A stretch of DNA of 20,757 nt from Azolla caroliniana. Lineage: Eukaryota > Plantae > Polypodiophyta. Below are positions 10,201 through 20,757 of this stretch, piece after piece (position 1 is the first letter of the stretch; each line of letters begins with the position of its first letter). The translations under genes were made by a program, and so were the position numbers. The DNA lies in the NCBI GenBank assembly GCA_043228905.1, contig JBHGNT010000560.1:1-20757 (forward strand), given 5' to 3'. The notes beneath the pieces are model-generated. The model saw only the letters and a list, made by a program, of their open reading frames with translations, was not told where the DNA came from and searched no databases.

Positions 10201-13200
10201 CCCTGGATCGTGATCAAGTTGATTTCGATGGGCTAAGCCACACGGCTGAACAGCAACATGCGTCAGAAGATACAACAGGAGAAGAACATCACAAAGATGT
10301 TACCCCAGGTGACTGCGATGTGTTCATCACAGCCGCGCATCCTACAGAACATATACCAGAAGCTCCCGCAGATGGACTCACTGCTGCAAGTATACAAACA
10401 CCATTTCCTCAAGACCAAGACACATCCGAAGATGTTCAAAAAGGGGAAGAGCAGGAAGACTTTCAGGGAAGTGAGCACGATGAGTTCAAAGCAGCCGAGC
10501 ATGTAATTGAAGACCAACAAAAATCGGACGATCTCATAGACCAAATACAGCCTGAACTCATCGACCACAACCTGCTCATTGTGAGTTCCATAGGTCACCA
10601 AGAAATCTCACAGCAGGAACACACAATTAAAACTCAGCCGGAGATCAATGTTCCAGAAAACCAAGAAGGCACCTATGGTCATCAAGATGAGCTCTCTGTA
10701 CCAGACCAGAGTGCTGAAGCGCAACAGAGCTCAGAATATCTACAAAGAGAAGAACAGCCGAGAGATTTTGTCGAAACGGACTGCGGAGACATTAAGAAAA
10801 CGGAGCATCTTTCAGAGGAGCACCGCACATCAGGAGATGCCTACGAGGAACTTCCACATGCTGATACAGTGGATGCCCCTTCAGATGGGGTTACTCTTCT
10901 GGGCATAAAAGACCAGTTTCCTGAAGAACAGGAGACCTCGGGAGATGCCCAATGTGAGGAAGAACAAAAAGACTCTGCGGCTAGTGACAGGGATGAGTTA
11001 GAGGCAATAGTCCGTCCTCCTCAAGAGCAACAGACATCGGACGATTCCACAGAGGAAGTACATGATGAACTCAAAGAAGACAACCTACTACATGCCGATC
11101 TCATAGCCAGCCAAGAAATCAAAGAGGACGTTCCAGCAAACCAAGCCACGCTATATAGGGACGAAGATGAGCTCAATGTACTAAACCGAATGGCGGAAGA
11201 GCAGCACACCTCTCCACTGATAACAACACATGAGGAGCAAAAAGACTTTGCCGCACGTGACTTCGATGAGCTCACGATAACAGCGCGTCCTTCCGAAGAT
11301 CGCCACCCATCAGAAGATATCCAACACCCAGAACAAAATGAACTTCTTCCTGCACATATACTGGATGCCCCTGAGGATGTAGTTCTTCCTCTTCGTAAAG
11401 AAGAACCATTGGCTGAACAACAAGAGGCCTCAACATATTTACAAAAAGAAGAACAGAAAGATTTTGAGGCCAGTGATCTGAACGAGAACAAGGGATATCC
11501 CCTTAAAGAGCGACAAACATCAGAATATAGCATCGAGGAAGAAAATACAGAATTCATAATAGAAACGCCACCCAATGTCGATACGATGGGGCGCCAGGAA
11601 ATTACACCGGAAGAACATACAGCTAAAAGTGTTGAGGAGATCAACCTTGCAGCGAACCAGGAATCCCTGGATCGTGATCAAGTTGATTTCGATGGGCTAA
11701 GCCACACGGCTGAACAGCAACATGCGTCAGAAGATACAACAGGAGAAGAACATCACAAAGATGTTACCCCAGGTGACTGCGATGTGTTCATCACAGCCGC
11801 GCATCCTACAGAACATATACCAGAAGCTCCCGCAGATGGACTCACTGCTGCAAGTATACAAACACCATTTCCTCAAGACCAAGACACATCCGAAGATGTT
11901 CAAAAAGGGGAAGAGCAGGAAGACTTTCAGGGAAGTGAGCACGATGAGTTCAAAGCAGCCGAGCATGTAATTGAAGACCAACAAAAATCGGACGATCTCA
12001 TAGACCAAATACAGCCTGAACTCATCGACCACAACCTGCTCATTGTGAGTTCCATAGGTCACCAAGAAATCTCACAGCAGGAACACACAATTAAAACTCA
12101 GCCGGAGATCAATGTTCCAGAAAACCAAGAAGGCACCTATGGTCATCAAGATGAGCTCTCTGTACCAGACCAGAGTGCTGAAGCGCAACAGAGCTCAGAA
12201 TATCTACAAAGAGAAGAACAGCCGAGAGATTTTGTCGAAACGGACTGCGGAGACATTAAGAAAACGGAGCATCTTTCAGAGGAGCACCGCACATCAGGAG
12301 ATGCCTACGAGGAACTTCCACATGCTGATACAGTGGATGCCCCTTCAGATGGGGTTACTCTTCTGGGCATAAAAGACCAGTTTCCTGAAGAACAGGAGAC
12401 CTCGGGAGATGCCCAATGTGAGGAAGAACAAAAAGACTCTGCGGCTAGTGACAGGGATGAGTTAGAGGCAATAGTCCGTCCTCCTCAAGAGCAACAGACA
12501 TCGGACGATTCCACAGAGGAAGTACATGATGAACTCAAAGAAGACAACCTACTACATGCCGATCTCATAGCCAGCCAAGAAATCAAAGAGGACGTTCCAG
12601 CAAACCAAGCCACGCTATATAGGGACGAAGATGAGCTCAATGTACTAAACCGAATGGCGGAAGAGCAGCACACCTCTCCACTGATAACAACACATGAGGA
12701 GCAAAAAGACTTTGCCGCACGTGACTTCGATGAGCTCACGATAACAGCGCGTCCTTCCGAAGATCGCCACCCATCAGAAGATATCCAACACCCAGAACAA
12801 AATGAACTTCTTCCTGCACATATACTGGATGCCCCTGAGGATGTAGTTCTTCCTCTTCGTAAAGAAGAACCATTGGCTGAACAACAAGAGGCCTCAACAT
12901 ATTTACAAAAAGAAGAACAGAAAGATTTTGAGGCCAGTGATCTGAACGAGAACAAGGGATATCCCCTTAAAGAGCGACAAACATCAGAATATAGCATCGA
13001 GGAAGAAAATACAGAATTCATAATAGAAACGCCACCCAATGTCGATACGATGGGGCGCCAGGAAATTACACCGGAAGAACATACAGCTAAAAGTGTTGAG
13101 GAGATCAACCTTGCAGCGAACCAGGAATCCCTGGATCGTGATCAAGTTGATTTCGATGGGCTAAGCCACACGGCTGAACAGCAACATGCGTCAGAAGATA

Positions 13201-16200
13201 CAACAGGAGAAGAACATCACAAAGATGTTACCCCAGGTGACTGCGATGTGTTCATCACAGCCGCGCATCCTACAGAACATATACCAGAAGCTCCCGCAGA
13301 TGGACTCACTGCTGCAAGTATACAAACACCATTTCCTCAAGACCAAGACACATCCGAAGATGTTCAAAAAGGGGAAGAGCAGGAAGACTTTCAGGGAAGT
13401 GAGCACGATGAGTTCAAAGCAGCCGAGCATGTAATTGAAGACCAACAAAAATCGGACGATCTCATAGACCAAATACAGCCTGAACTCATCGACCACAACC
13501 TGCTCATTGTGAGTTCCATAGGTCACCAAGAAATCTCACAGCAGGAACACACAATTAAAACTCAGCCGGAGATCAATGTTCCAGAAAACCAAGAAGGCAC
13601 CTATGGTCATCAAGATGAGCTCTCTGTACCAGACCAGAGTGCTGAAGCGCAACAGAGCTCAGAATATCTACAAAGAGAAGAACAGCCGAGAGATTTTGTC
13701 GAAACGGACTGCGGAGACATTAAGAAAACGGAGCATCTTTCAGAGGAGCACCGCACATCAGGAGATGCCTACGAGGAACTTCCACATGCTGATACAGTGG
13801 ATGCCCCTTCAGATGGGGTTACTCTTCTGGGCATAAAAGACCAGTTTCCTGAAGAACAGGAGACCTCGGGAGATGCCCAATGTGAGGAAGAACAAAAAGA
13901 CTCTGCGGCTAGTGACAGGGATGAGTTAGAGGCAATAGTCCGTCCTCCTCAAGAGCAACAGACATCGGACGATTCCACAGAGGAAGTACATGATGAACTC
14001 AAAGAAGACAACCTACTACATGCCGATCTCATAGCCAGCCAAGAAATCAAAGAGGACGTTCCAGCAAACCAAGCCACGCTATATAGGGACGAAGATGAGC
14101 TCAATGTACTAAACCGAATGGCGGAAGAGCAGCACACCTCTCCACTGATAACAACACATGAGGAGCAAAAAGACTTTGCCGCACGTGACTTCGATGAGCT
14201 CACGATAACAGCGCGTCCTTCCGAAGATCGCCACCCATCAGAAGATATCCAACACCCAGAACAAAATGAACTTCTTCCTGCACATATACTGGATGCCCCT
14301 GAGGATGTAGTTCTTCCTCTTCGTAAAGAAGAACCATTGGCTGAACAACAAGAGGCCTCAACATATTTACAAAAAGAAGAACAGAAAGATTTTGAGGCCA
14401 GTGATCTGAACGAGAACAAGGGATATCCCCTTAAAGAGCGACAAACATCAGAATATAGCATCGAGGAAGAAAATACAGAATTCATAATAGAAACGCCACC
14501 CAATGTCGATACGATGGGGCGCCAGGAAATTACACCGGAAGAACATACAGCTAAAAGTGTTGAGGAGATCAACCTTGCAGCGAACCAGGAATCCCTGGAT
14601 CGTGATCAAGTTGATTTCGATGGGCTAAGCCACACGGCTGAACAGCAACATGCGTCAGAAGATACAACAGGAGAAGAACATCACAAAGATGTTACCCCAG
14701 GTGACTGCGATGTGTTCATCACAGCCGCGCATCCTACAGAACATATACCAGAAGCTCCCGCAGATGGACTCACTGCTGCAAGTATACAAACACCATTTCC
14801 TCAAGACCAAGACACATCCGAAGATGTTCAAAAAGGGGAAGAGCAGGAAGACTTTCAGGGAAGTGAGCACGATGAGTTCAAAGCAGCCGAGCATGTAATT
14901 GAAGACCAACAAAAATCGGACGATCTCATAGACCAAATACAGCCTGAACTCATCGACCACAACCTGCTCATTGTGAGTTCCATAGGTCACCAAGAAATCT
15001 CACAGCAGGAACACACAATTAAAACTCAGCCGGAGATCAATGTTCCAGAAAACCAAGAAGGCACCTATGGTCATCAAGATGAGCTCTCTGTACCAGACCA
15101 GAGTGCTGAAGCGCAACAGAGCTCAGAATATCTACAAAGAGAAGAACAGCCGAGAGATTTTGTCGAAACGGACTGCGGAGACATTAAGAAAACGGAGCAT
15201 CTTTCAGAGGAGCACCGCACATCAGGAGATGCCTACGAGGAACTTCCACATGCTGATACAGTGGATGCCCCTTCAGATGGGGTTACTCTTCTGGGCATAA
15301 AAGACCAGTTTCCTGAAGAACAGGAGACCTCGGGAGATGCCCAATGTGAGGAAGAACAAAAAGACTCTGCGGCTAGTGACAGGGATGAGTTAGAGGCAAT
15401 AGTCCGTCCTCCTCAAGAGCAACAGACATCGGACGATTCCACAGAGGAAGTACATGATGAACTCAAAGAAGACAACCTACTACATGCCGATCTCATAGCC
15501 AGCCAAGAAATCAAAGAGGACGTTCCAGCAAACCAAGCCACGCTATATAGGGACGAAGATGAGCTCAATGTACTAAACCGAATGGCGGAAGAGCAGCACA
15601 CCTCTCCACTGATAACAACACATGAGGAGCAAAAAGACTTTGCCGCACGTGACTTCGATGAGCTCACGATAACAGCGCGTCCTTCCGAAGATCGCCACCC
15701 ATCAGAAGATATCCAACACCCAGAACAAAATGAACTTCTTCCTGCACATATACTGGATGCCCCTGAGGATGTAGTTCTTCCTCTTCGTAAAGAAGAACCA
15801 TTGGCTGAACAACAAGAGGCCTCAACATATTTACAAAAAGAAGAACAGAAAGATTTTGAGGCCAGTGATCTGAACGAGAACAAGGGATATCCCCTTAAAG
15901 AGCGACAAACATCAGAATATAGCATCGAGGAAGAAAATACAGAATTCATAATAGAAACGCCACCCAATGTCGATACGATGGGGCGCCAGGAAATTACACC
16001 GGAAGAACATACAGCTAAAAGTGTTGAGGAGATCAACCTTGCAGCGAACCAGGAATCCCTGGATCGTGATCAAGTTGATTTCGATGGGCTAAGCCACACG
16101 GCTGAACAGCAACATGCGTCAGAAGATACAACAGGAGAAGAACATCACAAAGATGTTACCCCAGGTGACTGCGATGTGTTCATCACAGCCGCGCATCCTA

Positions 16201-19200
16201 CAGAACATATACCAGAAGCTCCCGCAGATGGACTCACTGCTGCAAGTATACAAACACCATTTCCTCAAGACCAAGACACATCCGAAGATGTTCAAAAAGG
16301 GGAAGAGCAGGAAGACTTTCAGGGAAGTGAGCACGATGAGTTCAAAGCAGCCGAGCATGTAATTGAAGACCAACAAAAATCGGACGATCTCATAGACCAA
16401 ATACAGCCTGAACTCATCGACCACAACCTGCTCATTGTGAGTTCCATAGGTCACCAAGAAATCTCACAGCAGGAACACACAATTAAAACTCAGCCGGAGA
16501 TCAATGTTCCAGAAAACCAAGAAGGCACCTATGGTCATCAAGATGAGCTCTCTGTACCAGACCAGAGTGCTGAAGCGCAACAGAGCTCAGAATATCTACA
16601 AAGAGAAGAACAGCCGAGAGATTTTGTCGAAACGGACTGCGGAGACATTAAGAAAACGGAGCATCTTTCAGAGGAGCACCGCACATCAGGAGATGCCTAC
16701 GAGGAACTTCCACATGCTGATACAGTGGATGCCCCTTCAGATGGGGTTACTCTTCTGGGCATAAAAGACCAGTTTCCTGAAGAACAGGAGACCTCGGGAG
16801 ATGCCCAATGTGAGGAAGAACAAAAAGACTCTGCGGCTAGTGACAGGGATGAGTTAGAGGCAATAGTCCGTCCTCCTCAAGAGCAACAGACATCGGACGA
16901 TTCCACAGAGGAAGTACATGATGAACTCAAAGAAGACAACCTACTACATGCCGATCTCATAGCCAGCCAAGAAATCAAAGAGGACGTTCCAGCAAACCAA
17001 GCCACGCTATATAGGGACGAAGATGAGCTCAATGTACTAAACCGAATGGCGGAAGAGCAGCACACCTCTCCACTGATAACAACACATGAGGAGCAAAAAG
17101 ACTTTGCCGCACGTGACTTCGATGAGCTCACGATAACAGCGCGTCCTTCCGAAGATCGCCACCCATCAGAAGATATCCAACACCCAGAACAAAATGAACT
17201 TCTTCCTGCACATATACTGGATGCCCCTGAGGATGTAGTTCTTCCTCTTCGTAAAGAAGAACCATTGGCTGAACAACAAGAGGCCTCAACATATTTACAA
17301 AAAGAAGAACAGAAAGATTTTGAGGCCAGTGATCTGAACGAGAACAAGGGATATCCCCTTAAAGAGCGACAAACATCAGAATATAGCATCGAGGAAGAAA
17401 ATACAGAATTCATAATAGAAACGCCACCCAATGTCGATACGATGGGGCGCCAGGAAATTACACCGGAAGAACATACAGCTAAAAGTGTTGAGGAGATCAA
17501 CCTTGCAGCGAACCAGGAATCCCTGGATCGTGATCAAGTTGATTTCGATGGGCTAAGCCACACGGCTGAACAGCAACATGCGTCAGAAGATACAACAGGA
17601 GAAGAACATCACAAAGATGTTACCCCAGGTGACTGCGATGTGTTCATCACAGCCGCGCATCCTACAGAACATATACCAGAAGCTCCCGCAGATGGACTCA
17701 CTGCTGCAAGTATACAAACACCATTTCCTCAAGACCAAGACACATCCGAAGATGTTCAAAAAGGGGAAGAGCAGGAAGACTTTCAGGGAAGTGAGCACGA
17801 TGAGTTCAAAGCAGCCGAGCATGTAATTGAAGACCAACAAAAATCGGACGATCTCATAGACCAAATACAGCCTGAACTCATCGACCACAACCTGCTCATT
17901 GTGAGTTCCATAGGTCACCAAGAAATCTCACAGCAGGAACACACAATTAAAACTCAGCCGGAGATCAATGTTCCAGAAAACCAAGAAGGCACCTATGGTC
18001 ATCAAGATGAGCTCTCTGTACCAGACCAGAGTGCTGAAGCGCAACAGAGCTCAGAATATCTACAAAGAGAAGAACAGCCGAGAGATTTTGTCGAAACGGA
18101 CTGCGGAGACATTAAGAAAACGGAGCATCTTTCAGAGGAGCACCGCACATCAGGAGATGCCTACGAGGAACTTCCACATGCTGATACAGTGGATGCCCCT
18201 TCAGATGGGGTTACTCTTCTGGGCATAAAAGACCAGTTTCCTGAAGAACAGGAGACCTCGGGAGATGCCCAATGTGAGGAAGAACAAAAAGACTCTGCGG
18301 CTAGTGACAGGGATGAGTTAGAGGCAATAGTCCGTCCTCCTCAAGAGCAACAGACATCGGACGATTCCACAGAGGAAGTACATGATGAACTCAAAGAAGA
18401 CAACCTACTACATGCCGATCTCATAGCCAGCCAAGAAATCAAAGAGGACGTTCCAGCAAACCAAGCCACGCTATATAGGGACGAAGATGAGCTCAATGTA
18501 CTAAACCGAATGGCGGAAGAGCAGCACACCTCTCCACTGATAACAACACATGAGGAGCAAAAAGACTTTGCCGCACGTGACTTCGATGAGCTCACGATAA
18601 CAGCGCGTCCTTCCGAAGATCGCCACCCATCAGAAGATATCCAACACCCAGAACAAAATGAACTTCTTCCTGCACATATACTGGATGCCCCTGAGGATGT
18701 AGTTCTTCCTCTTCGTAAAGAAGAACCATTGGCTGAACAACAAGAGGCCTCAACATATTTACAAAAAGAAGAACAGAAAGATTTTGAGGCCAGTGATCTG
18801 AACGAGAACAAGGGATATCCCCTTAAAGAGCGACAAACATCAGAATATAGCATCGAGGAAGAAAATACAGAATTCATAATAGAAACGCCACCCAATGTCG
18901 ATACGATGGGGCGCCAGGAAATTACACCGGAAGAACATACAGCTAAAAGTGTTGAGGAGATCAACCTTGCAGCGAACCAGGAATCCCTGGATCGTGATCA
19001 AGTTGATTTCGATGGGCTAAGCCACACGGCTGAACAGCAACATGCGTCAGAAGATACAACAGGAGAAGAACATCACAAAGATGTTACCCCAGGTGACTGC
19101 GATGTGTTCATCACAGCCGCGCATCCTACAGAACATATACCAGAAGCTCCCGCAGATGGACTCACTGCTGCAAGTATACAAACACCATTTCCTCAAGACC

Positions 19201-20756
19201 AAGACACATCCGAAGATGTTCAAAAAGGGGAAGAGCAGGAAGACTTTCAGGGAAGTGAGCACGATGAGTTCAAAGCAGCCGAGCATGTAATTGAAGACCA
19301 ACAAAAATCGGACGATCTCATAGACCAAATACAGCCTGAACTCATCGACCACAACCTGCTCATTGTGAGTTCCATAGGTCACCAAGAAATCTCACAGCAG
19401 GAACACACAATTAAAACTCAGCCGGAGATCAATGTTCCAGAAAACCAAGAAGGCACCTATGGTCATCAAGATGAGCTCTCTGTACCAGACCAGAGTGCTG
19501 AAGCGCAACAGAGCTCAGAATATCTACAAAGAGAAGAACAGCCGAGAGATTTTGTCGAAACGGACTGCGGAGACATTAAGAAAACGGAGCATCTTTCAGA
19601 GGAGCACCGCACATCAGGAGATGCCTACGAGGAACTTCCACATGCTGATACAGTGGATGCCCCTTCAGATGGGGTTACTCTTCTGGGCATAAAAGACCAG
19701 TTTCCTGAAGAACAGGAGACCTCGGGAGATGCCCAATGTGAGGAAGAACAAAAAGACTCTGCGGCTAGTGACAGGGATGAGTTAGAGGCAATAGTCCGTC
19801 CTCCTCAAGAGCAACAGACATCGGACGATTCCACAGAGGAAGTACATGATGAACTCAAAGAAGACAACCTACTACATGCCGATCTCATAGCCAGCCAAGA
19901 AATCAAAGAGGACGTTCCAGCAAACCAAGCCACGCTATATAGGGACGAAGATGAGCTCAATGTACTAAACCGAATGGCGGAAGAGCAGCACACCTCTCCA
20001 CTGATAACAACACATGAGGAGCAAAAAGACTTTGCCGCACGTGACTTCGATGAGCTCACGATAACAGCGCGTCCTTCCGAAGATCGCCACCCATCAGAAG
20101 ATATCCAACACCCAGAACAAAATGAACTTCTTCCTGCACATATACTGGATGCCCCTGAGGATGTAGTTCTTCCTCTTCGTAAAGAAGAACCATTGGCTGA
20201 ACAACAAGAGGCCTCAACATATTTACAAAAAGAAGAACAGAAAGATTTTGAGGCCAGTGATCTGAACGAGAACAAGGGATATCCCCTTAAAGAGCGACAA
20301 ACATCAGAATATAGCATCGAGGAAGAAAATACAGAATTCATAATAGAAACGCCACCCAATGTCGATACGATGGGGCGCCAGGAAATTACACCGGAAGAAC
20401 ATACAGCTAAAAGTGTTGAGGAGATCAACCTTGCAGCGAACCAGGAATCCCTGGATCGTGATCAAGTTGATTTCGATGGGCTAAGCCACACGGCTGAACA
20501 GCAACATGCGTCAGAAGATACAACAGGAGAAGAACATCACAAAGATGTTACCCCAGGTGACTGCGATGTGTTCATCACAGCCGCGCATCCTACAGAACAT
20601 ATACCAGAAGCTCCCGCAGATGGACTCACTGCTGCAAGTATACAAACACCATTTCCTCAAGACCAAGACACATCCGAAGATGTTCAAAAAGGGGAAGAGC
20701 AGGAAGACTTTCAGGGAAGTGAGCACGATGAGTTCAAAGCAGCCGAGCATGTAATT
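3..20756 (+). CDS. Internal fragment (open at both ends) of a giant acidic tandem-repeat protein, at least 6,918 aa, E/D/Q/H-rich and probably largely disordered
   Basis: Manual translation of frame +3 gives DEFKAAEPVMKDQQKSDDLIAEVKTELIDHNLLIVSSIGHEEISQQEHTIKTQPEINVPENQEG... with no stop through the diverged 5' copy or a full 1,464-bp unit. Because 1,464 = 3 x 488, the frame stays open through the array to ...EHDEFKAAEHVI at the window end. All indels between copies are multiples of 3 (12, 3, 219 nt). The other five frames contain stops. The A/purine-rich + strand fits GAA/GAT/CAA codons. Confidence 0.93.
1254..1691 (+). repeat. Degenerate 219-bp (73-codon) direct tandem duplication, present only at the 5' edge of the array
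   Basis: Copy A 1254..1472 (HSSEDKTTEEEHKDVTPGDSDAFFTAAHTSQHILDAPTDVVTAASIQTPFAQDQDRSEDLQKEKYQEAIQRND) aligns without gaps to copy B 1473..1691 (HVSEDTTGEEHHKDVTPGDCDVFITAAHPTEHIPEAPADGLTAASIQTPFPQDQDTSEDVQKGEEQEDFQGSE). Confidence 0.93.
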
Positions 20757-20757
20757 G
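1478..20757 (+). repeat. Coding tandem array: 13 full copies plus a 248-bp partial copy of a 1,464-bp unit, apparently identical, running off the 3' end
   Basis: Every shadow ORF in the track recurs at exactly 1,464-bp spacing with identical translation (1864, 3328, 4792 ... 19432). Printed lines repeat every 7,320 bp (5 units; compare 1501, 8821 and 16141). Identity at offset 1,464 starts at 1478 (t1477 vs c2941 is the last mismatch I saw). Confidence 0.98.
1977..3440 (+). repeat. Ancient sub-repeats within one 488-aa unit: three modules of 160, 172 and 156 aa, each a short plus a long sub-repeat (same in every unit)
   Basis: An anchor motif EE[QH]..[KRE]D[FSV]...[DE].[DGN] falls at 1977, 2184, 2457, 2673, 2973, 3135 and again at 3441, giving spacings of 69/91/72/100/54/102 aa (sum 488). 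Short segments share [DE]AP.D[GV][VL]. Long segments share Q.S[DE]...QEI...NQ...AE.Q..S. Confidence 0.85.

Noticed and set aside
3-20756. Assigning a gene name such as titin, futsch, giant ankyrin or AHNAK
   Set aside because: The resemblance is only in size, composition and architecture. No diagnostic domain or recognisable repeat consensus of those families is visible here.
1478-20757. CRISPR array, rDNA/tRNA cluster, transposon or non-coding satellite
   Set aside because: There is no short repeat with unique spacers, no recognisable rRNA or tRNA sequence, no terminal repeats and no transposase/RT motifs. The unit is fully open in one frame.

Overview
The whole window is one uninterrupted reading frame on the + strand (frame +3, 3..20756, 6,918 codons). 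The supplied ORF track misses it because it has no stop codon inside the window. It encodes an internal piece of a giant, very acidic (E/D/Q/H-rich, Trp-free), probably disordered repeat protein. Positions 1478..20757 are about 13.2 apparently identical head-to-tail copies of a 1,464-bp (488-codon) unit. Positions 1..1477 are a diverged in-frame copy (about 93% nt and 86% aa identity by hand count) with frame-preserving indels of +12, -3 and +219 nt. The 488-aa unit is itself a degenerate trimer of ~160-aa modules, each a short plus a long sub-repeat, so the repeat is nested at three levels. All ORFs listed in the track are out-of-frame or antisense shadows of this CDS. I cannot name the gene or organism, and I see no RNA genes, mobile elements, CRISPR arrays or regulatory sites.
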